From: Vermamoeba vermiformis
Taxonomy: Eukaryota
Length of the DNA: 64,000 nucleotides
Direction of reading: 5' to 3'
NCBI GenBank assembly: GCA_045837725.1
Contig: JBEWZL010000077.1
Coordinates: 620,001-684,000, forward strand
The notes beneath the pieces are model-generated. The model was not told where the DNA came from. It searched no databases and saw only the letters and a list, made by a program, of their open reading frames with translations. The position numbers and the translations under genes are program-made. Of the stretch, positions 61,247 to 64,000 are shown piece after piece; the first letter of the stretch is position 1; every line of letters begins with the position of its first letter.

Positions 61247-64000
61247 TTATTTATTACTGTTATCGTAATGACTTGAGATGTACTCCATAATATCAGAAAA
61301 TGCACCTCCATACGATGCAGCTATTTCATACAGCTGGTTACTGTTGTCTTTTGTAATCATTTGCTGAAATTTCTCGGTCAGATCTGCGTAAAAACGATCA
61401 TCGTCAATCATGTAAAATGAGGCTTCAGAAGCGATGTGAAAATAATCTTGCGGCTCAAATGTGAGCTCTGAAGAGTATACGTAGTCTATAATAGAGTTGA
61501 AGGCACTGAACGGAATGTGCAGTGAATGCTCGTTAACTTCGACAGATCCGCTCGCACTCTGCGTTAGTTTGTTGGTTCCAAAGCCAATTAAACCTCTGAA
61601 ATAGGGGAACCTAAGAACAGTATCGTCAAAATTGCGTAATTTTTTTCTTAGAAAAAAAGCCGCTAATTTTTGTTGCGTATATTTTTTTTTTAATTTGATA
61701 GCATATTGATTCGCTGAAAATTTAATCTCTATTAGGCTGTATATAAATGTATTATTACTTACCTCAAATTGATTATGAACAGATGTAAATTTAACGGTAT
61801 ATCGTTTGCTTTGACAATAACGTCGGAATATTCGGTCATTTGTCTGACACGCAATAAATCACGTGACAATGTGTGCGTGTACTCAACGGTAGGTCGTTCA
61901 GTCGGAATTTCAATCGCTTCAAGTATATGAATTACTTCATCGTTTGTGCTAATGTCTTCTGCATCTGGCAAACAAGCCCAGATCCAAGCACACCTTTTAC
62001 GAGAAATTAGTAAGTCTAATTAAATAATAATAGTAATAGTACTTACATCTTCTTGATACGTGGGGTTATTATTGCATAATCAATATCGAAGAAAAGTAGT
62101 TCCGGATTCAGTCTTTGCATAACTTCAACTTCGACCAGATCCAACAATCCAGCAATTTCATACTTGCAAGCAAACTCCAATAGCTTATGTAACAGTTCTA
62201 TACTATACTTTTCAATACCACTAATTTTGTCTTCGTAGATCCACTCGGACACTGCAGCGAGCAATTCTTTTGGTAGATCCACCTCGTTATTTCCGCGAAT
62301 TTCTTTTAATAACACAGGCACGCGTGCTGCGTAAATAACTTCGTGGCCTTGTACTGTCAGATCCTTATTTTTGTTCGAGATTGTGAAATCGTGTGCTGCA
62401 CTCTGGCCCAGTCTAAGAGCTCTCATGTCGTGTTGAAACTTTTCGAATAGTGTCTTGGGCTTGTATTCTTTGTGCACTACTGGCAACGCTAAAAAATAAA
62501 AAAAATTCCGTCAGATCCAAAATAAAAATAATTATTTAAAAAATCGTTTCGTTTTTCGAAAGTTTTTTACTCATAGTAAACTTTATATATTTGGTAATCT
62601 CAGATGTTATTAATAACATGACTTACTTATGCAATGAAGATCATCGAGTGGCTGTGCAGCAGATCCACCGACCAAGTACAACACGTTGTCATCGAGCACG
62701 AGTGCGTTAGCGTAGCGTCCAAAATTTGTGAGCTTTTCATCGTCAGTGATCTCTCGCCACTCATTTTGTTCTGTTTAAACAATACTTAGTACGCGGTTAT
62801 TACCCATTAATTTCAAATAACGACCAGAAAAATGAACAAATTTATTCAATCATCCGTAAAATGATCGGGGAATAAGTAAATAATTTGTGCACAAAAAGCC
62901 GCGGCGGATCTGAGAGCTCTTTGAAAAAGTTGCTCGAGTTGACTGATCCGGTGAATTTCGATAGCAAAAATAAGATAAATTATAAATAATAATTGTTTCT
63001 GGTTGTTTTTTGATTTAAAATTCGTGTAATAGCTTCAATTTACCCTTTACCCTAAAAATAGTTATGTGTACGTACCAATATCGTAAGACCAAAAATCATT
63101 CAAATATTTCTTGCCGCCTTCACCGCCGTAAATGTACAACTTGCCGCCGTACTGCACCATGTAATCTAATTGTCGCGCTTGCGGTCCATTTTTGACTTCA
63201 ATTTGAGTCCATGTACTGGTCTCTGCATATGCACTTAATATTAACAAAAATAGTGCCAGTAAAGTATGAACGTAGTATATATATATCAGAGGATTATAAA
63301 ATCATACTGTTCGCCGCATTAAAATTCAAAATACCCAATTTTTTCACGTAAACAACGATATGTCAGTGCTCGTGCCATGATCACGTGGGACTTTCCTAAT
63401 TAGGCATACCTGGAGGTATACCCAACGGCATTGTTGCCATATGGGATTGATATATAGATGCGATGCTTAGGTAGGTCGGGAGAGTGCGCAACATTAACCC
63501 TCAATCCGAATGCCTTATTAGGAAAGTCCCACGTGGCTATGGGTTCGCGTGACGAGCGCCGACATTTTCGTTGTTTTCGCAAAAAAATCGAGTTGTACGA
63601 ATTTAAAAGCGTCCAAAAATAGACAGATCGGAGCTGTTCCGAAGTACAGTACGTACCAAAATCAAATTTGTAAAAGTCGCCAAAAGTCTCCACGCCGTTC
63701 CAACCGCCAAATATGTACATCGACTCTTCGTAGACAGCTGCGCCGTGTGCTCTGCGTGGCGACGGAATTTCACCTTTGGCTTCAACTTCTGTCCACGTCT
63801 CTGTCGCTGAAAATAAAAGTAAATTAATGATGCGGGTGCAAATGTTTTTGCAGTGGCAAAATAAATCGAACCTAGTCACAACTAACGAAAAAAGGGGATA
63901 TTAAATTTTTCGTACGCGCCAAATTTTGTTCGTTGTTTTTCTTAACGTTAGCGCGTTCGGGGGCACAATGCCCGCAAACTATATTTTTACATATATCAAC
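61247..64000 (-). CDS. Kelch-repeat plus tandem BTB protein (LZTR1-like architecture), 5' end beyond the window
   Basis: Kelch repeats PSPRRAH..MYIFGG..DFYKFD and LYIYGG..NDFWSYD. BTB segments HDFTI..GHEVIYAAR and YSDVIVK..LHLFII..RFPYF..IIDYVY. Confidence 0.85.

Overview
This is a gene-dense, intron-rich eukaryotic window, not prokaryotic DNA. It has many short GT-AG introns and one GC-AG intron. A Sib-like integrin-beta-like adhesin together with a Zn2Cys6 factor and a class I-like PI3K points to an amoebozoan protist (inference). I reconstructed about 20 protein genes by hand across introns: a MATE transporter, GBA2, two intronless LRR paralogs, an RCC1-DH-PH-PI3K fusion, an aquaporin, GCLC, two convergent transporter-like/pyruvyltransferase fusion paralogs flanking a small orphan gene, a nucleotidyltransferase-fold protein, a ~3200 aa Sib-like adhesin, a TPR protein, a Zn2Cys6 factor, an FKBP-TPR immunophilin whose 2 kb intron hosts two antisense SnoaL-like genes, RIT1, an ADP-ribosylglycohydrolase and a partial Kelch-BTB gene. 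The best candidate for an undescribed system is the duplicated fusion of a ~10-TM nucleotide-sugar/PEP-transporter-like domain to a Pvg1-type pyruvyltransferase. Other strong observations are the nested gene pair and the Alsin-like PI3K fusion. CDS coordinates span start to stop including introns. No database searches were run; family calls come from motif recognition.
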